Shown here: piece after piece, positions 51,940 through 64,000 of the stretch
How positions within the stretch are numbered: the first letter of the stretch is position 1
How the letters are laid out: each line of letters opens with the position of its first letter
Origin: the human T2T-CHM13v2.0 reference genome, Homo sapiens
DNA: 64,000 nt
NCBI RefSeq assembly: GCF_009914755.1
Contig: NC_060931.1
Direction: 5' to 3' (one strand)
Notes under the pieces: generated by a model
The model's input: the letters and a program-made list of their open reading frames with translations, nothing else
Databases searched by the model: none
What the model was told of the DNA's origin: nothing
Position numbers and translations under genes: made by a program

Positions 51940-52117
51940 TAGTGGTTTTCAAATTTGGCTGCATATTGAATCAACTGTGTAGCATTAAAAAAATATTGAT
52001 ACCTGGGACACAGCCTCAGAGATTCTGATTTAATTGGCCTGGCCTGTGGCTTGGGCATCAGGATTTTTCAAAGCTTCCCAGGTAACTCTGATTTGCAGCC
52101 AGGATTGAAACCCTCAG
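51940..52117. mobile_element. MER5-type (hAT-Charlie) MITE
   Basis: agtggttttcaaatttggctgcatattgaatca...agagattctgatttaattgg...gcagccaggattgaaacc. Confidence 0.75.
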
Positions 52118-53785
52118 CTCTAATAAATCACATGCTCTTCTTATCCCACCAATATGTCTAGTTTTGCCTGTACTGTTTTGAAATAGTTGTCAAAGTTAGA
52201 AACTTGAGAAACTTTACATAAATATCCAGATTCTTGGTTTTTCTTAACAAAGTAAAAACGTAAGCCCAAATTCCCATACTCAACAATTAGCTGGACCTGA
52301 GTAGTGCTCACCCCTGAAGACAGAGCACTCTTATTCCTGTTGCCCCTATCTCCCACTGATCTCTGAATTCTCACACCTGGTCCCTTTCACTTATGAACTT
52401 TCATAGACCCTATAAGCATTTGAACTTGGGAACCTTGCTCTAGAAATTCCAGAACAAGACTGAGATTTAAAATTTCCCAGAGGAAAATCGTGTGGTTCGG
52501 ACAGAATTAGCAGCAATAATTTAAGAGCAGCTGAAAAAATTTTGAGCATCAGTCAACAAGGTTTATATCTCAGTACTTTGCCACCCATTGTGAGTTATAA
52601 ATAAACATAAGGCATGATTCCAGTCTTCACAAAGTTTATATCTCAGCTGGAAGAAAGATATTAAACAAGAAAGAATTCAAGAATTATAAACACAGAATAG
52701 TTTATAATTAAATTGATGATATAAACTCTAAATACCTGTGGGCTCCATAAGAGTTATATGGGTAACATCATGATCTTTCCAGGATCACTTCTTGAAGATG
52801 GGATTTTTACCCCGTAACCTTGGCAGGCAAATGCAACTAAGGTATTTAGAGAATATAGGGAATATTCTGGAGACAGGACAGGAAAGAACCAACCAGAAGG
52901 AAGCCATATCAGTCTTACTCAGTTGGAAAATGGGCCGGGGGCAGGGCTGGTTCATTTAGATAATGTTTAAGGGCTTTGAGATCTTAAGTTTGTTTTGTTT
53001 TGGTTATTTGCTTGGGCAAAAAAGTGACATGATGAAAGGCAAGAGGGAAACAAACCTTCCTGATCAACTGACTCTGCTAGATGCTTTAAGTACATGAGCT
53101 CACTTATCTTCATTTTGATAAAATTTGGAAGTAAATTTTATTATCCATTAGAAAGATGAGTAAACAGAGCATAATGACCTTCCCAGGTGGCACAGTTATG
53201 AAATAGTAGTTTTTCTGATTCAAATCCATGCCCTTCATACTGTACCACAGACGCATCCATAATATGAAGGACGGATTTGAAAGGGTAGAGTCTAAATCAA
53301 GGAGGACTAATTGAAGCTCTTATAGGAATTCAATACAGAGCAAACAAGGAATTCAGTCAGAAAAAAATTTCAAAGGATTTTTGAGAAACTATCCGAGTCA
53401 TCTCCTGCTGTATCACAACTAACCATTCTCAGATAGTTTAAGAATCAAACACTGAGTCATTGGGATCTAATACATAGCTTAAATTGTGTAAATAAAAATT
53501 CAGCCATGTTTGAGTGGAAAGTTATCCATAAAGGAATTCATTTATAGTAATTACTGAGTGTTTTGTTCATGTCTTCCAAAAAATATTTGAGGACTTATTA
53601 TAGGCCTTGGAGATACTGTTATCAACATAGGCAAGTCTCTCCTCTTTTGTAACTTACAGTCTAGTGGAGAATGAGGTGAAGATGGAGATGGAGCATAAAT
53701 AATGAATGAATGAAAATGCAGGCTTATTCAGTAGTGAATGCTGTAATGAGATTTTTAAAAAATCACCTTGAAAAGCGGGTTACTG

Positions 53786-53945
53786 CAGTTTATCTCAAAT
53801 TTTAACGTGCATGCAAATCACCTGGGGATCTTGTTGAAATAAAGATTCTGATTCAGTAAGAAAGGATGAGGACCAAGAATCTCGATATCAGCAAGCTCCC
53901 AGGAAATGGAGATGCTACTAGACTAAGGACCATACTTGGAGTGTC
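53786..53945. mobile_element. MER5A MITE
   Basis: aatcacctggggatcttgttgaaat...gattctgattcagta...caagctcccagg...ggaccatactt. Confidence 0.75.
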
Positions 53946-54199
53946 AAGACTCTAGATTCTTTTGGGGGTTGGAGCAGATGAAACAATTTACCTAGAGTAG
54001 GCAGAGTCTTGGGAATTGACTCTAGAATTTTGACAAGGTTCAAATACTTACAAAGAAATTCCTATTTTCCCATGTTGACTATTTTGAAGATTCAAAAATA
54101 TATATCTCAAATTCTTTAAAAAAATTTGTGTCACCCCTACTTTGCTGGTACCTATTTCATAATATTCCACTGAAGAAAATATTCCACTGAAGGGAGGCA

Positions 54200-54614
54200 G
54201 CCAGACATTGGAATTCTATGTGCTATGCAGATGAAACAGCAAGTTCAAACACTCTTAAACAAAAATATCTTAGAAAAGAAAAGCATATGGCTACAGTTTA
54301 ATGACTAAATGGAAGAGTGATTTGATATGAGAAATAGGCAGGAGAGTTAAATCATGTAGGACTTTATAAGCCATAGCAAAGAGTTTAGATTTTATTCTAT
54401 ATGGAAAGGAAAATCACTGAAAGATTTTTAAGCAGGGGAGTTTATGATCTCACATTTTAGTAGAAAAAATCAGGCTGCTGTAAAGACTCTATTACTACAT
54501 GGCAAAAAGGCATAAATGAGGAGACTGGTTAGGAAGTTGAGGTGGGTACTGGGGTCAGAACCATCCCATAGTAGGATGTTAACAATGGAGATGGTTAGAA
54601 GTAGAGGTAGAACC
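54200..54614 (-). mobile_element. L2 fragment (left part; continues at 57186)
   Basis: tgtaggactttataagccatagcaaagagtttagattttattc...gatttttaagcagggg. Confidence 0.7.
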
Positions 54615-54797
54615 TGTCAAGAACTGTGAAAGGTTTTTACCCTGTTGCAATCTACCAGGTTAGCCTGCCACAGTTTCAGAATCCTTGTGTCAGAAGACAT
54701 GAGACTCCTGATTCAGAAACAAAGAACTTTATTACTCATAGCCATAGCAATAGCCAGAGTATCAACACTTCTGTACATTCCTTGAGTCCTGATTTCT

Positions 54798-55091
54798 TTT
54801 TTTTTTCTTAGATGGAGTTTCGCTCTTGTCACCCAGGCTAGAGGGCAATGGCGTGACCTTGGGTTCAGGCAACCTCTGCCTCCTGGATTCAAGCGATTTT
54901 CCTGCCTCAGTCTCCCAAATATCTGGGATTACAGGCACATGCCACCACACTGGGCTAATTTTTGTATTTTTAGTAGAGACAAGGTTTCACCATGTTGGCC
55001 AGGCTGGTCTCAAACTCCTGATCTCAGGTGATCTTCCCACCTCAGCCTCCCAAAGTGCTGGGATTACTGATGAGAGCCACTGCACCCAGCC
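54798..55091 (-). mobile_element. AluS (Sq-like) nested in LTR40
   Basis: Full dimer; TSD gtcctgatttct on both sides. Confidence 0.92.
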
Positions 55092-55154
55092 TCGTCCTGA
55101 TTTCTACAAGGCAACGCAGAGTGGGCTAGGACACCTGCATAAGCAGTACTCAAA

Positions 55155-55385
55155 AGAGGATCAGTGTTACTTACTTTCTTTTTGCCTTAGGATCAAATAT
55201 ACAACAGCATGGTGCTGTTATTGATCCTATCCTTATTTAAAAAGTTGACATTGTGTTCATCATGGGCTTAGCATTTTTGATGTTTTAAATATTGCATTAT
55301 TGTCTTGATTAATGCATTTTTGATGCCTCCTTAAATTTGTATCTCAGGCAAGTGCCTCACTTGCTTCACACCAGCCCCAGCCCTA
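55155..55385. mobile_element. hAT MITE fragment (MER96B-like)
   Basis: ctgttattgatcctatccttatttaaaa...ccttaaatttgtatctcaggcaagtgcctcacttgcttcac...ccagccct. Confidence 0.6.
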
Positions 55386-57185
55386 CCTTTCCCCTAATAA
55401 GTTAGGATGGTGATTTGGGTGTCTGTCACCAACAAGGCATAAAATTTTGAGTTCCTCCCCTCTCTGAAGTTCCTCAGCATACTTAGTCTGGTGTGTATGG
55501 ACTTCACCCACCCTTCAGGATGGGGAAATTTTAATCTAGCCTTAAGTAATATTTTCCTTAATCAGCTAAAATTAGGATGGGGGAGGGGAGTAGAGCAGCA
55601 CAGTGAGAGAGCAGCTCCTTGCCAATAAATAAGACACATTTGTTTTCAGTTTTAAGCACTCAGCAGCTACCTATGGCTCAACCATATGAGGTCCAATATT
55701 TTTGTGCACCTAAAAGACTAAATTATGAAATAAGATCATCATTACTGTCACTATTGGCTTCAACTTTGATGACCCATTGACTAAGAAGCCAGAGCCTATA
55801 GCTTTCTGGCTGGAACTCATGGCTTGTTCACTTAACTAATTTGGCCTTTACTCACACACCAAGTGTGTTTTGCTTCTTTTTGATACAAAATTAACAGAGC
55901 ATTTGCTCTCTCATCATGATAATATCTCTTAGGGTCTTGCCTTCTTTTAACATAAGGGTTGGGGAAGTTTTCCAGGGCTGTCGCTGATGGTAGGAATTTG
56001 TCTAGATTTCTTTGCATACCTTTCTCATTCTTTGTCAACACTGTAAACCAATCCAGGTGAGTAAGCGCCCAAATACAAATCAGTGCCTCATCTATATCTT
56101 CCCAGAAAGCTAAGTTCCACTGAAAAACAAACAAAACAAAACTCTGAATCCTTTGACTGTCATCTTGGAATGAATCTAAGTTTGGAATAAGAAACTACAG
56201 CTGGGGATTAATCCTTCAAGGGCCCAGCTGTTGCCATTCTTCCTTAACAAGCGTATGTGTCTTGTTGTCTCAACCTCCCAAGGAAACCAGTCAAAGTTTG
56301 AATGATTCACCTGGCTTCTACCTTCTCTGAAAGTCTCTCTCTCTCTCAATGCTCAGTGAAGGTACATGTCTCTGCAATTTTTGTGTAAAAGAGAGTGGAA
56401 TTTTCTGCCTACCCAGGACAAATGTTAGTACTAGTTATTAGAATCAAGTGAATCTGAATCCAAATGGGGAGGAAATTCACCCCACTCTACCCTCCAGAGA
56501 AGAGTTAACAACAGCCAAGGCATCAGTCTAGCAGCTGAGTTTGAACATAATTCCTGTTCCTCAAACTTCGACCACATCTCCAAATCCTTCTCCTTAACAG
56601 GAAATAAAGTGGAACACTATTTATTCTTGGTTAATCATACAATTTGGTCAACATGTTTGCTAGTGATTCCCACAGACTTCCTCAAATTCTGTTAATCAGC
56701 CCCTGAAACGCTCATATTTTCTTTCTGAAAAAGCCATGTGTCTGTTGGCGTTTCTTCCTCATTGTCAAAACTGTCAAAGACTGTAGTGCCTGAGATTTTA
56801 CTATACTTACAAGGCAACAAGTTAGCCTACCACAGTTTTACTAATGCTAGCAAAAACCTTTATGACTCACAGCAATAGCAGTAGCCAGAGTGTCAATATT
56901 TGCACAGGTTTCCTGAGTGCCACTTCTCACAGGGTTACACAAAGTAGTCCAGGTGACCCCTGTACCATCAGTGGGTTACATCACAGGAGAGGAACTCTGA
57001 GACTAGGGAACCTGAATCTTTTATAATGAATAGTATGCTGCCCTTTGTTCTAGAGGTAGGCACTGTCTCTATCTTCTAAAGCTCTTTGCTACACAAAATC
57101 CTTGAAAAGACATTCTGGAACAAAGGCAGTCAGAGCCTTGCTCACAAAATAACATGAGAGGCTCATGTAGAATAATTTCCCAACA

Positions 57186-57650
57186 GAATTTGCTGTTGGA
57201 CTGGATGTGTAAGTGTAAAGGCAATGGTAAAGTCAAGGATGGTCTTTGGCTTGCACACTGGGTGGCATTTGGTGCCACTTAAACAGTGACACTTGGGGAA
57301 AGGGACCAAATTTTGATTACATTATTACGATATGCCTATTTCATTACCAAAAGAATATGTCATGGTGGCAGTTGAATATTTAATTCTAGAAGCCCACAGT
57401 ATAGGTCAAAACCAGTAATAATTGATTTGGACATCATCAATATTTAAGCCATGAAACTCAGTGGGATGGTGAAGAAAGAGAGTCCACAACTAAGCTCTGG
57501 GGAACTCCAGCACTTAAAGTTCAAGTAGAATAGATAACTAAGACAAAGAACAACCACTGAGGGAAAGATGTGTCCAGGAATCCAAAAGGAAGGAAGTGAT
57601 TAACTGTGTCAAGCATTGCTGCGAGTTCGACAAAGATGAAAACAGAGCAT
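57186..57650 (-). mobile_element. L2 fragment (right part)
   Basis: ggactggatgtg...aagtcaaggatg...ggtgccactt...ctggggaactccagcacttaaag...aactgtgtcaagcattgctg. Confidence 0.7.
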
Positions 57651-59823
57651 CGTAAGCTGGTAGTATTCAAAGGGTCAGAACACAGAATTACAGATAAAAA
57701 CAGACTTTTAATAGTGTGACTTACTGAAGGAACTGGATAACTGAAACTATGAGACTGATATTTGGGCTTTGTAATAAATAAAAGCTATTTCAATTTTATA
57801 ACAGGTATACTGAATAAACATGGTGCACAAACTATGATAAAAATGCAATTTTAGTGCTCCTTCCATTATCTCTTCAGTATTTAGCAAGGGTAATCATCCC
57901 CCACCTTGGGATGGAAATTCCTGTGCACGTATTCAAACACCAAATGTTCACTACATGTGAGGCTCAGTTCTGGTGCTGGGGATAGCACAATGAGAAAAAA
58001 CATCCATGACCTTGGTAGGCCCATGAATTTATATGCTTTTAGGTAACATAAGGTACTACCATCATTTTCAATTGAAAATTGTCTTTATTAAGAAATTAAA
58101 ATATATAGTCCTATGTAATGATCAAAACTGTGTCTTCACATTCAATCTCATTTCCTCCTGAGGTCTGGCCTGTCTTAGGCTGAGAGCCTGCAGTAGTTGG
58201 CATCTTCCTTGGTGCTTATGTTCCCCAATCCACCAGTTGCTACTTCCCTCTCAGCGCTGATTAAAGAGTAATAAGGAAGCAGTTGGACAGTTCTTTGTGG
58301 CTAGATGACTTTATGATCTCTAAGTCCACACATGGAAAGATACATCCTTCAGATGCCTGGAAGATGACTAGAGGGCGTTTTCATCTTTCATGTGATCTTT
58401 AGAAATTACCCTCTGGCCTTTTCCCCTGCAGGACCTTGAGTGAGTTGACTGGGAGATCTCTATTTTGATTTGTCTCTGGTGGCTCCATTCCCATTCTCAG
58501 GGCATCCAGCTATCCTACCCCAAGCCTCTTTCTGTGAAGGTCTCCAGGCCAAGACATAAGCCCAAGACCATGCATAATGGTTTTTGTGTGGCCCATCTTG
58601 TCCATGCATACCATTCACATAACCTTTGCTTTGATAAATTCTCAGAACAAAGGACTACCTCAAGACAGTAGCAAGTTTTATGCAATGCCAATAGAGCAAC
58701 TAGCCTTTTCCTCACCTTCTAGATTTCCAAGGCAGGAATCAGGTCCCAATTCAGGGCATCCTCTTCCTGCAGAAACACCTGACTTTTTGTAAATGGCCAC
58801 ACTGAAGCACTCCTTGCTAGGCTTTCAGCGAGGAGACAAAAATCACAGTACAGCTTTGCCCAAGATCCCCTCCTCCTAAAAGCCTCTCCTCACCTCTTCT
58901 TGTAATGTCTTAAAGTGTGTGAGTAGTTTTAAGAGTTACAGAAATGCTTTTAGAAAAGGTTTCCTGGAAATTTTGCAAATTTGGATTTGTCTCCCCCTCC
59001 CATGATCTCTGATATCCTTCACACTGGCTTCAGAGTCATAGGCAGGAACTGAGGCAGAAAGAGGACAATGCTAACATCATATTATACATATACGTAGAAA
59101 ACAAATTGTCCCAGATTCAGATTTATGAAGGCTTTTGCATCACAGAATCAGATAGCAGCTTGTTTTCTGAGAATTTGACAAGAAAGGAGCCTGCAATTAG
59201 GGGTCCCAAGGTGGAGAGCACTGGACTAGTTAAGAGAGACAAGAACTTTAAAATGACGAGGATGGATTATGCTTTCAGGATTCAAAGTAAGCAAGGCCTA
59301 AAGAATTATGCCACAGGGCAGGCTGAATTTTTTTTAAAAATCAAAAGTAAAATGAAGCATTCTAAAATTATGTGGCTTCTCCAGTTATGTGTTCAGTCTT
59401 CAGCTTTCCTTGATTAGAGAGGAAGGTCAGAGACTTTACAGAAATGTTTTATAGATGCCTAAAGTCATTTAGGACATTTGAAATTATGCTACTTTATAAT
59501 AGCATGTGCCTAAGGGGAAAGGAAAAAAATCTAAAGTTACTCTGGGATGAGAATGAGAAGACATGATAAACCCTGGTTCTGAGGAACTTTCAGGGTAAAC
59601 AAAGAGGGAGAAGTGAAAATTACCTGTCAAGAATGGGTGTATAGAAGCCTAGAGAACATGAAGATTGAACAGTTAGTACCTGATGAATCAAAATTCCAGA
59701 GATGCCAATAAGCAAAAGCAAAGGTACCACAGAAGAAAGCTGACAGTGATCCCCAACAAAGAATAGGGAAACCAGTAGCTGATAGGCAGAGCTTCCAGCA
59801 AGCAAGGGAGATAGAAGAATGTA

Positions 59824-59852
59824 AAAAACAAACAAACAAACAAACAAAACAA
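59824..59852. repeat. (AAAC)n microsatellite
   Basis: Directly visible. Confidence 0.75.
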
Positions 59853-60271
59853 ATTTGTTTATAATAACCTTAAATCTTAAAGAAGCCAAGTTCATAGACT
59901 GAAATCATCAGCAATCTGGCCACTTCATCATTGAATATGTTTTACTATTTAAGATTCCACCTTCTGTGGCTTTGCAGAAATATCTTTATAAAAATATAAA
60001 GAAAACAAACAAGAAAATCCATGTGAAGTCTTGGCAAGCATTCAGAAGCACCCCACACAAATGGTGTTTGCTTGCAAATCCTAAGCAATATTTCCAAGAC
60101 TACCCCAAACATAGAAGATTCAATATAATTACTGTATTGATTTGGCTACAATAAGGACAGAGCTGTCAATTATTCTGGATTTTTCATTTTGGTCTTATTT
60201 CAGCACTCTCTTTAGTTGGCCACTTGACTGAATGTACAGCCAGACACTTACTAGCCAACCTTCTCTTGTAG

Positions 60272-60446
60272 GTGCAGACGACAACCATGTGCATCTCTGT
60301 CAGCCTGAGTGGCTTTGTGGTCTTGGGCTGTTTGTTTGCACCCAAGGTTCACATCATCCTGTTTCAACCCCAGAAGAATGTTGTCACACACAGACTGCAC
60401 CTCAACAGGTTCAGTGTCAGTGGAACTGGGACCACATACTCTCAGT
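60272..60446 (+). CDS. GRM3: Metabotropic glutamate receptor 3, internal coding exon (exon 5, 175 nt): TM7 and proximal C-terminal tail
   Basis: Acceptor ttctcttgtag|GTG CAG; translates VQTTTMCISVSLSGFVVLGCLFAPKVHIILFQPQKNVVTHRLHLNRFSVSGTGTTYSQ, in frame with the previous exon. Donor CAG T|gtaagt at 60447 (phase 1). Confidence 0.98.
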
Positions 60447-63005
60447 GTAAGTATGGAACTCAGCACTAACTCCTTCATACATAGCATTGTAGTCAGGACC
60501 AGCCTGCCAAGAACAGGCAACACATGTCTGTCCCCATGAACAATCTCAATTCGATTTTACTAAGTATGGATTTAAACACTGTGAGTCAGGTATTGTGCTA
60601 AGTGCTGGGGATTCAGTAAGGAGCAAAGAAGTCAAAGTTTCTGTTTGGGCAGCACATACAGTCTAGCAGGGAACAAAGACATTAAATACATAGCTGCAGT
60701 GAGGGGTTTGACCATGTTGTGGGGTTAGATAACCTGGTCTCTCGTCCTGTTCTGCACTCAATTTAATAGATAACTTCAAACAAGTCACTCTATTGCTTTC
60801 TGCCTCATTTTACTAATTAAAATAGGGGACTGGGCTAGATTGGTGTTTTATAAAATATATTATATGTCACACAGATGCCAAAGGAGCTTCATGAAAAATT
60901 AAAAGGGGAAGATAATAAAATACAATGAAAAGTGCTACATTCCTAATTCCCCCTTGGAAGTTTACAGTACTTCCTTTAACATGAGTGTGTTATAGGTTTT
61001 GAGAATCTCTATGCAAGAAAACCTGTTTAACTTTGTTAAAAGTTAAAATACTTTTAAAAATATTTTATCACAGTAAAACTAACATCCCGTGGAACACACC
61101 TTGGAAAATGCTGGAATAGATCTTCCTCCTACTTCAATGACACAATGTTTTCTCAGCTTAGAAGGCAGTGTGAACTGAAGGATACTAGGATAGTTCCCAG
61201 TCCCTAATTCTCTCTGCTACTGGCCTGCAAATGTCTGAAACACTATCCTTAGAGAATCATTGATTTAATTCTTTAGAGTTCTCTAAAGCACAAATGTGCC
61301 TGAAGGGGATAACCTTTTAAGCCATTTTCAGCTAAATTGTGGTATGAAGTAGAAGCAATTCACTGACACTGGATGAGGGGGAAGAAAAGAACTGGAACCA
61401 TGAGAGGGGAAGGGAGGACAGAAAGTGACAGAGACAAATGACTGCTTCACAATTTTGCCTCGAGTTGATCAGAAAGGATACTTCAAAATAGCTCAGCATC
61501 ACAGGGTCAGCAATCACATTAGCGCCCCAATTTCTCTACCAAAGTACAGAATTTAACAGGGCAGCCCTTCCCCCAGGAAACTGAAGGAAGACTGACAGTC
61601 TGAGAGCACATGTTCATGGATAGGCTGCACATTCCTGTCTTTCCAGCTAAACTCCAACGTGTCACAAAAGTTGAGCTTCAGGGCATGGCAAAGCCTGTGA
61701 GGTCGTTTTCCATGGATCTTAGAGAAATATGTTGATTTCTTGAGCAAACAAAGCTCTTTTTAGCAGACTAATCTTAACAGCTACCTAGTCCAGCCCAGAG
61801 AGAACTGTCAATAACTAATAAAAATATTAACAACAGGTAACAGGAACTTTCATTTGTTGAGTGTTTTTCATATGCTGGGCACCATGCTAAATACTTTACA
61901 CACATGTGTGTATGTGTGTGCTGTCTTATTCAATGCTCCAACCCCTTAAGGTAAAGAAACTCACCCAGGGTCACACACTTTAAAAATGGCAGAAACAGAA
62001 TTTAGAGTCAGTTCCTATGATTTCAAAGCCAGTGCACCTAACTACTGTATCGTGCAGCCTCTTCCAGACAGCAAGCTGGGAAAGTTCTCATGGCCAGGCT
62101 TTGCAGAGAGAATAAAAAGAAGGTTATCCAAGCAAAATTGTCTCATTGCTAGCTCAGAACTTTTGCTTGTTATTAGAACAATTTAGCAGAGTCCATAAGT
62201 CTTCCATAGACGTTATTCAAAATTGCGTATATCCAGACCTCAGTAATTTAGAAATGGCAGAATTTTCTAATGCATATGCTGGGAATTAACAAATTCCAGA
62301 AGGGATAGCAAGGGCACTTTCTCCAATCAAGTCTCTTGTTAGAAATTCAGAAATATCCATCTACATAAAAACAATGTACTGCAACCACAGCAGACCTGTT
62401 AAACTATTATTCAGTATGCTAATCTGATAGTGACCCAATTAGTACTTCAAGACAGGTGTTTGAACATTGTTGGAATGTCTTGTTAATAAAATTATAAATA
62501 AACTTTTTTTTAAAAAAGGTCTAAATTCAGACCTCATTGTTTCAGCAATATTTCCCTAATCAATACAAATCAATGAAGTAGTACCATGTAACAAAGTGAA
62601 GATTTTATATAACATCTCTTGGCATTTTAACGTGCATAAGTAACAAATACATTCACCTGTTATTTGCATTTTTACTCTTTTATTCAAAGTAGTTTTATAT
62701 TCATGAACTCATTTTATCCTCATGAGTACCAGATATCACAAGTTCTATTTTATAGGTAAGAAAATTGAGAATTGAAGTTACTTCTCAAGGATATACAGTG
62801 ATACAAGAGTCAAGAGTTGAGCCTGATTTCCTGACTTTCAATTAAAAACTTTCCCATTTTAATAAGTTGGAAGTATTTCATATCAAGAAATTTATTCATT
62901 CATTAAATTATTGAGTACCTACTACACACCAAAAATTTCTAAGCACTGTGTACACAGTAACGAATAGGACGGAATCCCTGGCCCCATGAAGCTTGGTGTC
63001 TAGGA

Positions 63006-63234
63006 CAGTGGTTTTCATACTGTAGACTGTAAGCCATTATTGGGTCATGAAATTTAGTATCTTTGGCCAGTGCTTTTTAAAAGAAAAAAACAGAAAATCT
63101 TAAGAGTGCATTACATGTAATAAAGGTAAGGCATAAAAGGTAAGTCATGAAGAGTTATATGTATATGTATACCAGGTCCGGGTAAAATGTATTTATTTCT
63201 ATAGATCACAATCAAAGATGTTTAAAGGCCAGTG
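63006..63234. mobile_element. hAT-Charlie MITE
   Basis: TIR-like ends cagtggttttca / tttaaaggccagtg; 8-bp TSD gtctagga / gtctatgg resembling the NTCTAGAN Charlie target. Confidence 0.65.
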
Positions 63235-63619
63235 GTCTATGGAATTGAGTTCTGTGTATGAACATGTTACTGACCCACTTTGGTAGAATTGAAGCAATTA
63301 TTTAATATCTTAGTGTCTGTTTCCTCTATTGTATATTCAGCTCAATTTATATCCATTTCCCTCCTAAATACTTGGAAGTATGTTGCTTTAGAAATCAAGA
63401 ACATTCCTTAAACTGCTCTGCGTTCATTAGATAAAGCATATGTTTTTCTTGGGTTGTACATAATTCACGTTCTTCCAGTGAGTATAATGTTAGCACTTTA
63501 TTTCATTGGGCGATTGTTAATATTGCTGCTGGTTTTCTGACTTTCTCTTCAGAGGTAAAACAAAACCCACTGTAGAGATGAGAGTAAGCTAATATGGAAA
63601 CAGAGTTATCGCGTTTCCT

Positions 63620-64000
63620 CCACTTTATCTATTCCTGCATAACAAACTTCTCCATAACTTAAAGGCTTAAAACAATACCTCTTTATATGATTATCTCTTA
63701 CAGTTTACAAGTCAGGAATTCAGACAGGGCTTGGTTCATCTGCTCCATGAGGCTGACGTTCTTTCATGGTTTTAAGCAGAGACTGAGCTGATCTGGAAGA
63801 TCCATGATGCTTTCACTCTTATTCCTGGCATCTTGGCAGGAAGCCTGTCCATGTTGGCTCCTAATGAGCAAGTTCCATAAAAAAAGGAAGTAGAAACTGG
63901 CTTGGCCAGGAAACTGGTATAGCATAATTGGTACCATACTTATTTATCGAAGCTCAGATTCAATGGGAAGTGCATAGACCCCACCTCTCAAAGAGTCTGT
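63620..64000 (-). mobile_element. Old MLT1 MaLR LTR fragment
   Basis: tctattcctgcataacaaac...ggcttaaaacaata...gtcaggaattcagacagggctt...tagaccccacctct. Confidence 0.65.

Larger units (their letters stand above)
54615..57185 (-). mobile_element. ERVL provirus remnant with LTR40-like LTRs (partial LTR 54615-about 55150; LTR 56772-57185) and deleted internal region
   Basis: Two same-orientation copies (tgtcaa..actgt...gttagcct.ccacagttt...actca.agc.atagca.tagccagagt.tcaa); L2 sequence continues across the block; Gag-like ORF 55832-56134. Confidence 0.72.
60447..64000 (+). other. GRM3: GRM3 intron after exon 5 (last exon outside window)
   Basis: gtaagt donor; the terminal SSASTYVPTV... coding sequence was not seen in the window. 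Confidence 0.85.

Overview
Primate (human-type) genomic DNA from the 3' half of GRM3 (metabotropic glutamate receptor 3, + strand). Two coding exons are present. A 1067-nt exon (48741-49807; end of the Venus-flytrap domain, cysteine-rich domain, TM1-TM6; conventionally exon 4) is followed by a 175-nt exon (60272-60446; TM7 and proximal C-tail; exon 5). The rest is AT-rich intron filled with L1, L2, MIR, Alu, MaLR/ERVL and DNA-transposon relics. Almost all other ORFs in the track are repeat-derived or chance. I found no new multi-gene system. The most notable structures are: (1) an L1PA insertion whose target-site duplication also encloses about 490 bp of an older L1, i.e. an apparent 3' transduction; (2) a twin-primed inverted L1 carrying a nested full-length THE1 and an AluY; (3) a two-LTR antisense ERVL (LTR40-type) provirus remnant with a Gag-like ORF; (4) exon 5 open in the second frame used when exon 4 is skipped; (5) two tight head-to-head Alu pairs. 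Repeat subfamily names come from my recall of consensus sequences and were not checked by a search.
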